Source: Euglena gracilis
Taxonomy: Eukaryota
NCBI GenBank assembly: GCA_039621445.1
Contig: CP154954.1
Location: 7,079,425 to 7,143,424 of the forward strand
DNA: 64,000 nucleotides
Direction: 5' to 3'
A model generated the notes under the pieces. It was not told the DNA's origin and did not search any database. It saw only the letters and a list, made by a program, of their open reading frames with translations. Below are positions 13,671-28,600 of this stretch, piece after piece (position 1 is the first letter of the stretch; every line of letters starts with the position of its first letter). The position numbers and the translations under genes are program-made.

Positions 13671-16600
13671 ATGTTCGGCTCCTTGCTTGTCAGCAGCCTC
13701 GCCCAGAGGGTGGAGGGGGGCCCTGTGTGGGCGGTTGCCCCCCCCCCCAAGCAGCCAATGAGGGGGCTGCTTCTACCTCCCTTTCCCTTTGCTCAACGAC
13801 TGGCTTGTCCAGCCACCAGCGCCCAATGACCAGCAGTCAGATCAGATCAGATCAGGTCAGATCAGAGCAGAACAGTCAGATCAGATGCAATCTTTTTGCA
13901 CACGATGTTTGGTTCAATAATTGCAGAATTGGGTGATTTACTCTGTATTTTTTTTACATTCCTGTTGTAATTTATTGGGATGACCAATATAAAAAATGGC
14001 TGCAAATGACAAAAAATGGCGTGAGACAAGCCAAAGTCCCCCCAAAATGAACTCGTATTATCCAAATTGACACAATTGATCGTTGAATTGACACAATGTA
14101 ATCGTTCGAGATTGTGACAAACGACCGAACTTTGCAATAAAAATGGCCCAAAAAAATGGGGTAAAACAGTGACCAAAAAAAAGCCCCAAAACGCAATGGT
14201 CACGTGGCCCCATCTGCCGACAATTTTTGCAGACATATGGTCCACCGGCTTGTCCCCAACCCCCTTTGGTCGGAGGCGAACATCAGCTGCTTTAGTGACC
14301 CACCCGTGGTCAGGGACAGATATTGGTTGTCTTTGGACAAGGAGGGGAGGGAGACCGCTTCCCCCCTCCCTCTGAGGGCATATCGTCGGAGGACTCTCTG
14401 GCGGCAACCCCAATGACTGCAACCGCGTCGGCGGACGACGGGGACCGCGACGGGGACCGGCGGGGGAGCGGCGGGGGAGCTCCGCCGTGGCCTGGGGAGG
14501 GCGGCAGCGGGCTGCCCCCCTTCGGGCGGCCCCGGTCCGCCGGGGCGGAGATGGTCAGCCGGCCCCGGTCCGCCGGCACGGAGGCGGCCGAGGAGGCATT
14601 GGCCGGGACGTGGCTGGAATTTCCGCTTGGCAAACCCAAGAATGATGCCAAGAAAACAGGTTTTTGGTGTTTGTGTTATTTCTTTTTTGTGAAACGAAAA
14701 CGAAATAACTTTTTTTAAAATAAATGGAAAATAATTAAAAATAAAATTTTTCTTTCTTTTTTCTTCTCTTTTTTTTAGTTGTGGCAAAATGTGCGTGTTT
14801 TGTGTTTTGTTTCCCATTATTTGCATTTTCGCCTTTTTTTTCTTTCTGCTGGTAAATAATTTTGACTGAATTATTAAATTACATTTTACATCAGTTTACA
14901 GATTTCTCACGTGTCCCTGAGACCAAAATTTTGCATTTTTTGTCGATTTTACCCCAAAAATTACTTAAGAATCAGCAGTGATGAATAACACATTTTGTTG
15001 ACATTTTTGTTGGCTTTTTGCCTTTTCCTTTTTGCTTTTCTGCACGCTTTTTTGTGTTTAGTTTTCGTGTGGAGTTTTCAAAGGGCCCGTGCCCCTCCCA
15101 ACCCTGCTCCATTCCCCTTCCTTCCTTCCTGCAGGGAGGGAGCTCAGGTTCCCTGCAGCAGTTTGCATTTTAGGAGTTTCCTCCAAAGGAATTGAGGATA
15201 ATGAATTCGTATTTTCAAGTGACCGGCAGTAATTTTTTTGATGAGCGTTTGCCTGGAAAAGCAGTTTTTTGGGGGGGAGACCAAATTTGTTTGTACAGAG
15301 GCGGCCGACACCCTATGAGGCAAAGTTACCCAACGTATGCCCCAGTTCATGACCTTTATGGGCAATTAGCCTTGTATAGACATGAGAGGTACAGCCCCGA
15401 AGTGGGCTGCTCGGTGCATTTGGAATAGTCGCGAAAAAGGTTTTGTCAAATTGGAATTTGGTAGTGATGGTGGCAATGGAAATCAAAATAACCAACCAGA
15501 TTTAATAACGGGCAGGAGAGGCCTTGACGGAAACAGACAAAGGTATACATTTTTTGGCCTCGTCCCGTTCAGGGCTGCCATGGAAGGCGCTGCGTCTGAC
15601 AAGGCGCGCGTGTCACTCTGGAGGATGCGGCAGATCATGGCGCAGGAGGCGGACTGCGGCCCAAGCCCCCCCATATGCCAAAGGTTTTGAGTGCGGTGCA
15701 GTTTGCAGCACTCAACCGGAGACCCCAAGGCTCCGGTTGAGTGTTCTGCTCGCCCGGCTGCATGCCCACAGCTGAACCCCCCTTCACCTGTCAATCTTTC
15801 GGGGTCAACTCATCTCACTTTTTCAGTGACTGCTCTGCGCCCAGGAAGCTGGACCCCCAGTGCGGGCTGACCTGTCTGGTGACGTTTACCCCTGAAAGGC
15901 TTATTTTTAAGGAAGTGGAAGTGGACCCAGGGGATAGGTTTGGTGCATAGATTCTTTTAGCACCTGTGTGTACCCCCCGGGGGTGGGTGTGTTTTTGAGA
16001 GTGGGTGAGTGGGTTGGGGCCCCGGGGTGTGGGGTGCGCTGTGGGTCAGGTTTTTGCCCGGCTGAAGGCCGGGCCAGAAAATTTCCCCGCTTTTTTGTCC
16101 GACCTTGGCTGGATTTTGGGGAGAGTGCATGGCTGGGTGGGTGACCCCCCCCCCCCCTGTGGGGGAGGGTCGTGGGTGGGTAGGTGGGTGGATTGTCAAA
16201 AAAAAGCGGGTGGGTGGGTTTGGTCCCAGGAAAAATTCTCTCCCCACTTAGGGGTCACCAAGCAAGTGAATCTGTGGTTTGGTGCTATAGACAGGCACCC
16301 CCCCAAGCACCCCCCCCCAAGTTGATAAAACCGGCTTGACTCGTGCACGGGGGAGTATTTATGGGGAAGGTTGCCCCCACAGTTGCGCGCCGTCAGACAG
16401 CGTGTGGGACATCCCCCTCGTCACCCCGATGATCACCCGCCTGTTCTCCCATCGGTTCCTGGACGGGCGGTGTCTGGCCTCGAGGCGGTGGCGTGACGTA
16501 CCTGGCATTTCCCACCGATGGGTGTTGTCAAAGCTAAGCACGCCCGTCATGCCCAGTCACGCCCAGTCATGCCCAGTCATGCCAGTCATGCCCAGTCATG

Positions 16601-19600
16601 CCCAGTCACGCCATAAAAACGTTTGAGGGCCGCATCAGTTTGACACAGGCCAGGGGGTGGGGGTGGTCCCCAGTAAAACAAGGGGTGGAAGAATTGACCC
16701 CCGTCTGAACAGTTGGTTCTGTGACTCTGGGCGTGGCTGGCTTTGAGGACCCCGAAAGACGTTGTGACTGGGCTTGTCTGGGCGTGACTTGGCGGTTGTT
16801 GTGCTTGGCAAATTTGGGTCCCTGTGGTATCCTGGACAAATTTGGGTCAACCTTAGTAAGTTCATGGCATTTTGGCATTGCAATTTTGGGTTATCCTCTT
16901 TCTTTTCCCTCTTTCTTTGCCGAAAGTGTTTATTCCCGAGGATGAGGGGAAGGAGCTGTCACCCCCTCCTCCCCAGGACAGGGAGCTGCAGTTGAATGCA
17001 GGAACTGCAGTGGTTTTGACGGAGAGGATGCAGGTAATTGGATGGATGGTATGGTTGCCAGTGCGGGAATAGATGACGGTTAAAGGGATTGTGCAGGTAT
17101 TTGAATGGATGGTGGTTCAAGGGTAGATGCAGACTGGAGTGGGTGCAGGTATTGAAGGTACACCATTGGCTTCAAAAGGCGATGTTTGGGTGATTAGGGG
17201 GGTTACGGGGGATGCTGGGAAGGAGGTTAAGTCAAGGAAAATCTGACACCAAAGTCAATTTTTGGGTGGTTTGCGGCCGAAAAAAATTGTCCCCGGCAGT
17301 TTTCATTTCCCGGGGGAGGTTTATCAGTGAGGTTTGGTTGGTCGGTCCAAGGGGGGGGCTTATAAGTGGGGGTTTTTACACGTCTCAATTGCATCGCTGT
17401 TGGGATCAGGCTGTATTTTAGTCGGGTGCCGACCCCCACCCCGGGGGGGGGGGGTGCCTGCCTGGGCAGGCACCCCAAGGCACTCCAAATCCGACCCCCC
17501 CCCGGGAGGGGGCACACGGCCAAAAGTGCCCTAGCACAACCCCGGCGCCGAAGGCGCCGGGGAGCCAAAAATGGCCTATTTTCAAAGGAATGTGCCCGGG
17601 CACTGGCCGAAATCCGACCTGCCAAGGCATCTTCCGGACTGGCGCGGGGGTGCTTGAACTCCTCAACTGCCTCAACGGTCAACTGCCTTCTGGAGGAAGG
17701 TCTTCCTTCCTCCGCTTTGCACCGAAATTCTTTCGAAATTCTTTGAAATTTTTCAACATTTTTTTGACAGAATTTTGCCCAGAAAGTTCTTTAAAAATAG
17801 CCACATTTTGGGTCCTGTTTTTTGGGTTGTGAAAAATTCGCCACTCTGTGCCAGGCCGAAAATCGGTTCGGCAATGGAATTATTCAGGGGGGGGGGTCCG
17901 CCCCCCTCCGTTAATGAAAGGTGACGTCAAAAAAATGAAATCATTGGGCACAGGGGCCTTTGTGGCTATCATCAAATTCCTTTGATTTTGCCCCCCTTCC
18001 TGCCACCATTTGTTCGACATCATACTTATCGCTGGCAGTGAGTGTGGTCCGGCCCCCGCCCCCCGGTGGTCAGACAAGAGGTGGGTTTGATACGTATCTT
18101 AATTCCGGAGTGATTTTGCTGATACCATTCTTAAGTGTGTCTGACCCCCCGGGGGGTGATTGATTGTTCTTTCAGAACACCTGACTGTTTTTGGATCCAA
18201 ACCCTGGCCCAAACCTTTTGATTTTTGGCCATTTTTTTGGCCGAGTGGCAAGATTGATTAACCCCCCCCGGGGTGGAAAGTGATGTTTGGAAAGTGACCA
18301 TGGGGGGGGGTCGGTAAGCAAGGGTATGGTTTCAACTGTGTGTTGAGGCGTCACTTTGGCAGATGTGCTCGGTTCGTTTGCCAATCCACCCGCTTCCTGG
18401 GTGTGTGATTTCAGGGACAAACTGACAGTTTTCAGTTTTGATTTTCGATGCATAAAGGTGAGCCATATGGAGGTGTAAGTCCCTGCCTGTTCTTGTCCAC
18501 CCTGCGCCGGCGGTCCCATTCACACCAGATGCTTAATGTGGCTTTTCCTCAGAGCAGAGACACAGGTTCATTTCAAAAGTTTTGGATGTTTTGGCCTCCG
18601 CCCTCTGCCCCGAATCTCATTCGTCTGTGAGATATGGCAAAAGTGGCTTTTTTTTGTCTTGGAATAGTGTTCAGAAATATTGACGGAGCATACAAAACAG
18701 CAGATTCAGAGTTTTTTTGGGGGGGGAGTGGCCCCAGGACCCATTCCCCAGGCGTTGAATAAGCAATGGAATGCTCCCACTCATTTCTGCAGCTCCCACC
18801 ACGCCATGGGCTCCGCTCCCAGAGTGACCAGCAGCGAATGCACCAGACCCAGACCACTGCCGCCTAGTTCGCGGCTTATGTGAATGCCATTTAATAATCA
18901 GTGAAACTATTGCACAGAGTTTCATCCACGGCATACGGGCATTTGAATTTGTGATGAAGTGTCACAAGGTGTAGTGCAGTAATACTTAGGAGGCATAAAT
19001 TGCCCAACAGTTTTGGACGGTTTGAAGCGGAAAGTGGAAGAGGAGGAAGCGGAAAAACGCTTCGTCTGAACCCCCAAAAATTTTAGCTTTTCTTGGAAGA
19101 GGCCGTATTTGGGCCGTTTCTGCCGGTGTTTTGGCTTGGAGTAACGAACCTCTATAGGAGGCTGAAATGAGCGAAAAGGGGTATAAATTTTTGAGTGCAA
19201 GCCGAAATCGGCGAAAAGTGCACAAAAATTTCACATGAAGCGAAAAACCGCTTCGTCACTGCCCAGTTCTACTGCACTCCGAGGCGCCGAAACCTAAAAT
19301 GACCCAAAATGGGGCCTCACGAGGACAGAGAGGAGAAGAGGAAGCGGTGATTACCAAAAACCGCTTCCTTATTTGACGCCAGTCAGCGGAAATGAGGGGC
19401 AGGCGCAGGTTCCGAGGATGCATACAGCAGAAACCCCCTGAAATTTTCATAGTGGCCAGGAGGAAGCGGAATCACGCTTCCTCCTGACGATTTGAATTTT
19501 TCGAGGCCATGACTTCGAAGGCCTGAGTGGTCTGAAGGAGCATGAAAACAAGGGGGAGATGAAGTTGGAACCCGCAGCCTACATCTGGCACATACACAAT

Positions 19601-22600
19601 TTAATCTAGGCCGTATGTGGGAGTTTCGGGTGTTGGTGAGTGGACAAAGGCTTAGCTTGTGCTGTGATGGAACCTTCATCTTCTCGAGTCGTAGAACATG
19701 CCCAACTGGTCCGGATAGGACCTTGCAAAATGATGTACAAATGCATGGGGAGGGGGGCAGGAGGTATAGAGCCGTTATATGGGAAACCTGGTTGTCAACG
19801 ACATGCTGTGATTTGGCCCAATTGTATTGCGGGACATGGAAAGCCACCTGCGTGCGTTAGTGTTCCCACAGCAGCCATCTTGTTTAGTCCCTGGAAGACC
19901 CGCAGCTGTGCACTTTCAAAGGGGATGCATTTTACCCTCCCAACGAGTGCAGTCATTGTGCACGGTGTGGGGCATTGTGACAATTGATTAACGGCACCGG
20001 AATTGAATCGGGGGGGGGGGGAGGGCCGTCTGGGACAGTTTTCAGCCAAACGTGATAGGTCTGAAGTACTTTGTGGGTTCAATAACGAGCTGGGATGCAG
20101 CATTGTGGATGACACGGCTTACCATGTGGTTCGGAGAGTGCCTCCTCTTTCCTGAGACAAACATGGGGAGTGGCCTTAGACGTCAAGGTTTGATTCAAGG
20201 AAGCGGAAAGCCGCTTCCGTGAACTGATGGAGGATTCAGGGTGTACGATGAGGAGGTGATTGCCTGCCGCACACAGGGACGGCAACAGCAACAGCCGGTT
20301 GGAGGACTTGCCCCAGGATTGAACGAGGAAGCGCAAATCCGCTTCATTTGTGTTTTCCAGAATAACCTGAAACGTGTTTTCGTTGGTTTCTTTGGGGCTT
20401 CTTCATCCCTGGGAATCCTGCAGAGGTTGCAGGGCAGTTCCTGCAGCAGGAGACAAGGGCAGAAGTGGCTTGGTGCGCATTGTAGAGGGGTGTGGTGATG
20501 GTTGGTTTTGAGCAAGGTCGTTGAGAGGAGCAGCGCACATGAGATGACGCACGTAGAAATGAGAATGAGAGGAGATCAGTGAACGCAGCTTGAAGGTGGT
20601 GTTGGGCTTTACCTGTGGCAGTCCATTCCAGAGGACATCTTTGGTGTTCGCAAGCAAATGACAGCCCAGAAGGGGTCAAGGAGAAAGGAGACGTGGGATG
20701 GGGACCGAGAAGGTGAAGGAAGACGGTGGTTTCAAGTGAATGGAGGCAAGTGTCCTCCCTTTTCCATTGTCAACTGTGTATCTGTTTCTTCGGTGGGTTG
20801 ATTTCTGGTGCCAGGAAAGAAAACAAGGCACAGTGAAGGCTGGAAGTGGAGTACCAGACATTTTGCTGAAAATCAAAAAATCTGGGCCATTTCCCCTTTA
20901 AACAGGCCCCCTTTCAACTTGAGATACAATGCAAGCCCCCCAAAATATCCAGCTATGTGGAATTGTGTCTCAAACCCCCCCTCAAGTTCTTTCTTCCCCG
21001 GCCAAAGCGCAGGCAGGTGGGTCTTATCTGTGAGGTTTCGTCCATTTGTTCCTCCCAGGCCATGTTTATGGCCCACCCCTGGCAGTTACTGGTCAGGAGA
21101 GGGGCTCCGGAGGGCTGTCTTTGTCCTCAAGGCCTACCGACGGCTCTTGGCAGCACATGACTTGGTGAACTGCACACTCACCATACTCCCAGAAGGCTCA
21201 CGGAGACACACAGCCAGTCTTATCAGTCTTTGCACGTCCCGTTTCTGCTGTCTCTACCACCTGTGGGTAGGAGGGGACCACTTTCCAAAGAGAAAGCGCA
21301 AAACCGCTTCCCGCATAGGGAGGAAGCGGGATTACGCTTCTTCCCTGACGAAGCTGGTTTCCGCTTCATTCCAACTTTTGTGTGAAGTGTTCATCGGATT
21401 CCACTGCTGGCATAATTCCAGGTGCATTCAACAATTTGATTCTGGCACATCACTCCCACCCCCCGCGCACACCAGGTATTTGGGGACACCTTCACATCCC
21501 AATGACAGAACCTATTCCAGGACGCTGTGTTTAAGCACTGAATGGACCTGGAAAACGGTTTCACAGGGTTTAAGGAGATTGGTTCCAATCTTTAGTGATC
21601 CTCAGCCCCCTCAATTGTGCCTGACCCATTGTCCAGCTCTATGCTGCCTCCCTTCTTGAACAAGACAACTCCGTTGGCTTTCTGCCTGATGGAAACGCGT
21701 TGTTGCTGTAGACACAGTGTCAGCCTCATGCAAAACTAATCCATACCCGGCAATTTTTGTCCTCAAAGGAGCCTCAAAACACGGTGTCCAGCAACCCACA
21801 GCAAAACAGCCCACTCAAAGTCATCACCAAAATCCCTTTACAGAGGCCTTTTTGCCTCCGTTCCCCAATCAATTCTAAACACGCTGCTTGTAAGCCATGT
21901 AAACCCACCACCCATCCGCTCCCAGAACCATCCGAGATGGCACCACAACAATCAGACTGAGTCCAGGCATATTTCAAGCACAGTTCAGGCAGTCACCATT
22001 CAGCCGCCGGAGACCTCTCGTGAAGCCATAACTGACCCAGGGGTTAGACAACAGTAGATGGGCACTGAAGTCGTCACCAATATAAGTCCCCCAGTGGCAT
22101 AGGGCGAGAACGGCCATCGCCGAACCTGCTCCCCACATGCAACTACTTTATCTGGCCCACCCATAGGAAGCGGAAACACGCTTCCCCTGCTTTGTGGTTT
22201 CCAGCAGATGATTGCTGCCATAAGGCTTCTTTGGGTGACAATTGTTTTAATGTAGTAAAGACGTTGGATGATGTCTTATGTTGATGAGGTTGATGCCAGT
22301 TCTAAAGGTGCCTACTTGTTGTGATATGAAGTGGAGGAAGCGGATAACCGCTTCCCTATAAAAAGTTTCACAGGAAGCGGCAATCCGCTTCCGCCGATGT
22401 CAAAATTCAAAAAATATGTGCACTTTTGGCTATTTCAAAAAGTTCAGGGTGAAGCGTTTTTTCGCTTCCCCCAAAAAAGGAAGCGGATTCCCACTTCCCC
22501 TCCTACACCATCAAAAAACCTCCAAAACTTTCAAGTCAACTCTGGCACCTAAAATTTTTTGGGGGTTTTTGTTGCTATTTTTGGGTCGATTTCCAATGCG

Positions 22601-25600
22601 CCCGGTCAATTTTTTCATGGGCAGTTTATGCCTCCTAAGTAATATGTCCTTCTGTCCAATCTCAAGCTTTTGCCGCTAATTTTACCCCTGCAGACCAAAT
22701 GAGGAAAAGTGAATACTCTAACCCCACCAGAAGCTGCTTAATAATTTCCGTGGGAGAGGTTTGATGACTCTTTCAGAAGGTTAATGGTCGTGGTTATGCG
22801 TGTGTGTGGTTTTGGATTGAAAAAGAACCCCCCTCTGGGCCGAAACGGCGTGGCCAGGGTCCTATGACACATGCAAACTCAAGAAAAGACAACGTAAGGA
22901 GACAGGTCAGCAGTGTGTTGACCTTCGGGAGGTGACGATTATTTTGCTTTGATTAATTTACGTGTCAAAACACACACAAAAAACCGGAAGCAGGAAAAGG
23001 CATCATTCAAAGCAGAAGGAGAACATTCTGACAATATTCTGACAATTTAAATTCATTGTCATAAATTCAGGTCCCAGCCAGGAGTTTTTTCAAGGTTGGA
23101 CCCCAAGGGCGGAGGGTGGATAAGTCTGCCGGACCTCCTTCTCCCCCGGCGTACCCCCCAAGGTCAAGGTCTTTGTGGGTCCCCTGCCAGAGGCGTGGTT
23201 TTTGGCCATTTTTCGACCTCTTTTTTTCCCCTGGTTGGGGAACCCCCCCCCCCAGGGGAGAGGGGGTCCAACCAGCGGGTGTGTCCATTAACCAGTAAAG
23301 TCCCTAGCAGGCTTTTTTTTTAGTCGGGTGCCGACCCCACGAGGGGGGGTGCTAGGGGCAGGCACCCCATAGCACCCTATCCGACCCCCCGGCTGGGTCG
23401 GGTTTTTGGGGGTGCCTGCCTGCACACGTAGTAGGAGCTGGCACCCCCCTCCGACCCCGGCGCCAAAGGCACCGTGGCCCGGAAAAGGCCATTTTCAATG
23501 AAAATTTTCTGGGTCCCCCCCCCCTGGACCCCCCCACGGACCCCCCCCCCCGGGGGGTGTGCCTGCTAGGGGCAGGCACCATCTGGCACCCACGCCCCCT
23601 CCCCCCGGTCGGTAAGCACAAGCCTGGTCCCTGCTCCCCAGGGTCTTCTCAGCAAAAACCTGGTTCGGGCGGATGGCCCCCTCAACGCGCAGCCGCCTGC
23701 CAGCGAGGGCATCTACTGGGCCATCAAGGAGGGCCGCCGGGACGCCGTGCGGCGGCTGGCGCAGCAGGACCCCTCCGTGCTGACCCGCCCCGCCCAGGCG
23801 GCGGGGGCCACGCGGTGCGCTCCAGTTTAGCCTCCAGCACACGTTTCCTCTTCAGCAAGTGTGGCTGCTGCCCGTGGTATGGTGGGCATTGCCACCCCGC
23901 AAGGACTCTGGAAGTTCGGCCCCTGAATTTCGCGGTGCGTGTTGGGCGTGCGGCCTGCCTGGGACGCGGTGGGGGCCAACCCGATCCACATCGCCTTCCT
24001 GTACCGGCGGACGGAGATCGGCAAGATGCTCGTCGAGGAGTACCCCCAACTGGCACCCAGAGCCGCAGTCCAGTTCCCGCCACTCGCCATCCACCCGTTC
24101 GTCTTGACACCCTCTGCTCTAAATGCCTGCGACACGCAGCAGCCAAGCGAAGTGTTTTTCACCTGATCGCCCCCGAGAAATTGTCATGCCTCAGAAGAGC
24201 TGGGTCCTCCAGGAAATTGTCTGCATTGCTCTCTGCTCTTGTAAGACGGAGATGTTTTTTTTCCCCCAAAAGTTGGTGTCCTGGCGGGGGGGTTCGGGAT
24301 GTTTCCCAGGTCAAAAAAATTTCCCCGTTTTTTTTTCTTCAATGAGAAAGTCTGTAACAAGACGTCTTCAAGCATCTGTACCAGGAATAGTTCCTCGAGT
24401 AGAAGCACACTGACTTTTGACCATTGGCCCCATCAAACGCCCCCCCCCCCCCCAAGAATTGAAACCCCAGTGCGTCGGTTCAATGTGCACGTGCATGCAA
24501 AGCCCCCCTCCTGAATTGTCGCCCTGGAACCGACGTCGGTGTACGGGGAGGGGGAGTACAGCGGGGAGAACATCCTGCACATTGCCATTATCCACCAGGA
24601 CGTGGAGCTGGTGTGCTGGCTGCTGAATCGCGGCCATATCACTGCTGAGAGTCACCCCCTTTTCCCGATGATACTTGGATGCATTTGCTCAAGAATTGAA
24701 CCAGGAACCGGTGGCATATAACTAGCAGTCCCCACTCTGGTAAGGGCGGAATTGTGGGAGAGTTTTTGTTTTTGGAACTGAGAATGTCGAACGGCCTGGA
24801 CTTCGGCAATAACATGCGTGCGATCCGGAGCTGCTTAATGCGGAGACCACCGGCTCGTTCTTCGCCCCAAGCGGGGACGTGTACTTTGGGGACCCAGGGA
24901 CTCTGGCACACACTGTTCACCGTGCTTTATGTGCAGTATCTCATCCGTTTCACCAACGAGGAAGTTATCGCTGAAAAAGGGTTAAAAAAATTGAAAGTGT
25001 GGCAAAATCTGCCGGGAGGCTGTGCAAAGTGAAAATTTGTGGCCGCTTGCGTATGTGAGTGGCAAAACCGCCCTTGAACAGATACTCTTTGCAACGGAGA
25101 TATCTTCAACAACGACAAGGGGTTGCCCCCCAAATATTCCGAGGCACGCACAGACTCTTGTTTTTTTTTGTGGCCACAGTTTGTGGCTACGGCCGGCAGG
25201 GGCGAGATCCTTTTCTCCCGCCACCAGATGGTGAAGTTGGCCCATGGTTACAAGCAAACACTGAGGTAGCAAGAAAATAATGAGGTTTTTTTTTGAACAC
25301 ATGGGGTTTTGGGTTTGGGTTCAAAATGTTTAACTTTTGCTGATGCAATAATGAAGCTGAACACCACTACAATACATGTGGGGGGGATCGAGTCGAGCCG
25401 CTGGGGTGCCCATTGTGAAGCCTAACGGGTGGGAGGATGCCACCCTTTGTGCTGTCCTATTTGCCATTAGCCGGGGCTGCTCCCAAGAGAACAGTCTGTT
25501 TTGCAACGCAGATTGTTCTGGTATCGACACTCTGCATGGTGGGCTAACCGATGATTAAACAATGTGATCAAACCCAGGGCTGTTCCAGGTTTAATGGTGG

Positions 25601-28600
25601 AATTTTGTATTGACATCGGGCTTTCTGCGGGAGAGAAGAAAGAGGCCAAGGTACAGACTCTCTGCCGCCCGGTTCCCGCTCCTCTTCGCGGCCGCCAGCA
25701 ACCAGGTGGACATCTTGCGGTGCATCCTTGCCACCCGGCGCACGACGCGCCGCCGCAAACAACACCACGTCAAGAATGAAGCCAGGGTGACGGATCAACC
25801 ACAACAGAGACTCCTCTGTGCTGTGCTGTGTCAGAAAGGACGAGCACCCATCTTTGCCTTCTGGCCAGTCAAGATTTTTAAGGCGGTCCAAGGGCCATCC
25901 CTACATCGAACCAGGCTCAAAATCAAAGAGTCGAAAAGCAGGTTTTTTCGAATTTGGATGATAGATACTGTTCCAGCGATTCCAGGAATTATTTTTTCCT
26001 GCAGTTGGCCAGTTTTGGTTGAAGTCCAGTGACTTCATTTTAGGTCAGTTTTTGAAAATTTTGCTGGAATGGCTTTTTAAAGTTTTTTTTAACGTTTTCT
26101 AAGGCATATAAAAAATCAAACTGCATGGAAGCAACCTCGGCGTGATGCAAGATTCAACAGCGGTCAGCAGGTTGTTGGTGTTGGTGAATTATTGGGGCGG
26201 CTTTGGGGGGGGGGGGGGGCAGTCCTCCCTCTGACGACCGATCACAACTGTGGACCGCTTTGGCAACACCGCCCTCCACCTCGCTGTAATCCATGCCCAG
26301 GGGCTCTCTTTGTTTGTCTAGTGTGGGCCACAATCATACAGTCACAAACCGACCCCCCCCCCTCAGGGGTTGGTTTTTTGTCAACCCCCCCCTCCCGGTT
26401 TCAGCGCCGGAAGCTATTTCGGCCTTTCTTTCCCGTTTGTAGACAAGTTTCCTTTGGATCCCAGAGTGACCTCCCTGGGGGGGTGAAGACTGACTGTTTT
26501 TCCGGGGGGAAAAGTGAGCAACTGGCTTTTGGAAGAGTGGAAGTGAGCCCCCCTGAGGGTCGGCAAAAAATTGTATGGCCTTAACTTCACGCAGCCTGCC
26601 TGTCTGCACACCCAGGCATTAAGCTTGGGTGAGCTTAGGAAGCCCACTCACGCAATAAACCACGATCCAGAGGAATGCTGACACACGACTTCAATGTGGT
26701 GCCGTTTGTCGACCAATTATCTTATCTCTTTCAGTAATTGTGTATGGTTTTTTCCTTTGTATTTTTTTTTGTCTGTTGAACCTCGACTTCAGAAAATGTT
26801 TGCCGATGGACGGGAAACTTTTGGCTTCTTAAAAAGTTGTTACAATATTTTTTTTTCAAAGCGATCCATTGGATTTCTCCATCAAGTCAAATAACTGTTA
26901 TGACAGCCCGTTTCGAATGCTTGGACCACGCGTGACCACTGCAGGTCACCAAACCCAATGCAATATTGCCCACCGTGATGGTGACCCTCCCAATCCACAC
27001 GCTGCCCCACCCACCCACGCAAACACTGACCTTGCTCATTTGCTGGTTGGCAAGCCCCTGCGGCTGAGCTGCCAGACATCTACACCCGGCTGCCTCCCCT
27101 GCCCCTGTCTTCATGCATTCTTCTTCTGTGGACGTCTAGAGGTCAAGAGTTTTTTGTGATGAAGTGTGGCACAGCCCCACCCAAGCAACCACCCAAGCAG
27201 CGTTTTCAAAGCGCCTTGAAGGGGACTCCATTTGGGCCCTGAACCGTTCATATTCTCCACCAAATATGCCGAGGGGGGGGGGACGCCCAACCCCTTCCAG
27301 GATCCGTGAGCTTTTGCTGTCACTCCCCCGAGGTGCAGGGGGGATCCTCTGCTTCTCAGTGTCCAAGGCCTCGATTGTTGGAAGTCAGAGGGGCGGTTGC
27401 CCCCGACTTTGTCCTGGAGGAAATGTACCGTTCAGGTTGTCTTTGCCACCAACATTATTACCCAGCTGAGGACCGTTGAAAGGTTTATTCCATGGTCTTT
27501 TTTCCATTAATTTTTCTTTCGTTCGGGTCTTCAGGTGCCAAAGCTTTATCACAGCAATGCTTTTTTCCCGTTTTGGGACCCCAGTGCACGCGCAGTTGTA
27601 TCCTTCATGCTTTACCTCCATGCCAAGGCACACGTTGAACCATCCAGGCTTATGTTTATGGCGTCGTTTGGTGATTGTACGATCAACCTCCAATTCCAGT
27701 CGTCTTCCGGGTCCCTTGTGGTCCCAATCGCTGTGTGTCTAATGCAATCGCTCCCATCTCCTCTCGTCTTGCCCCGTCTCAGCTCACAAAAAATGATAGC
27801 CCCCCCCCCCCCCCGGGCAATTGACGCCCCTGGGCAATTGTCACACCTGGCTGTGCCGGCCAATTTGTCACCCTGGGAAATTGTCACCCTCCTCTGTGCT
27901 GCCCAATTTGTCACCCCCCCACAGAAGATGTTTGCGAACTTTGTTTGGGCCGACACGACTCGATTGATCCTCTATTTCGCCACAACGTGCTGAGAAATGT
28001 CACATACCAAATGCTCTGCACAATATCACAACCATGGCTGCATTTTTGCGTGTTCACTATGTTTCAGATGGTGTTCTTGGTCATTTGGATTTAATGTGGC
28101 CTTCATGGGTGGGCAATTGACGCCCCCGGGCAATTGACGCCCCCGGGCAATTGTCACCCCCCTCTGTGCCGGCCAAATTGTCACCCCGGGAAATTGTCAC
28201 CCCCCTCCGTGCTGCCCGATTGTCGCGTGACAATTGCCCGGGGGGGCGGGTATTTAAAAATCATCGTAGAGGTATTCTCGCCAACTTGGTTGCGCGCATC
28301 ACACACGTGTTTGCACACGTCACATGTATGGACACACGCAGCGACACGCAGTTTGGCTGTGCAGTAACCACCCGGGCTTTACGTTCAGCTTTCAGCTCTT
28401 TGGGGGCCGGCACCTCCTAGAACAGAGGCGAAGCAGCACCAGCCTGGGTCCGCCAGGGGCTCTCCGCGGTGGACGTCCGGCGGCTCTTCAACGCGGAGGG
28501 GCTGACCCCCCTCGCCCTCGCCGCCGCCATGGGGCAGGACCGCATGTTCCGCCCGGCCGGCGGAGGTCGTTAGCCCCCCCTCCCCGACGACAACCCCCGT

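Noticed and set aside
20808-21659. 283-aa plus-strand ORF as a transposase
   Set aside because: No recognisable motif and a non-ATG start; may be the shadow of a degenerate minus-strand frame that contains stops.
19046-22497. GAAGCG..CGCTTC dyads as CRISPR repeats or integron attC sites
   Set aside because: Spacing is irregular (about 30 to 1000 bp), there are no cassette ORFs, and the array is bounded by transposon TIRs in a eukaryotic context.
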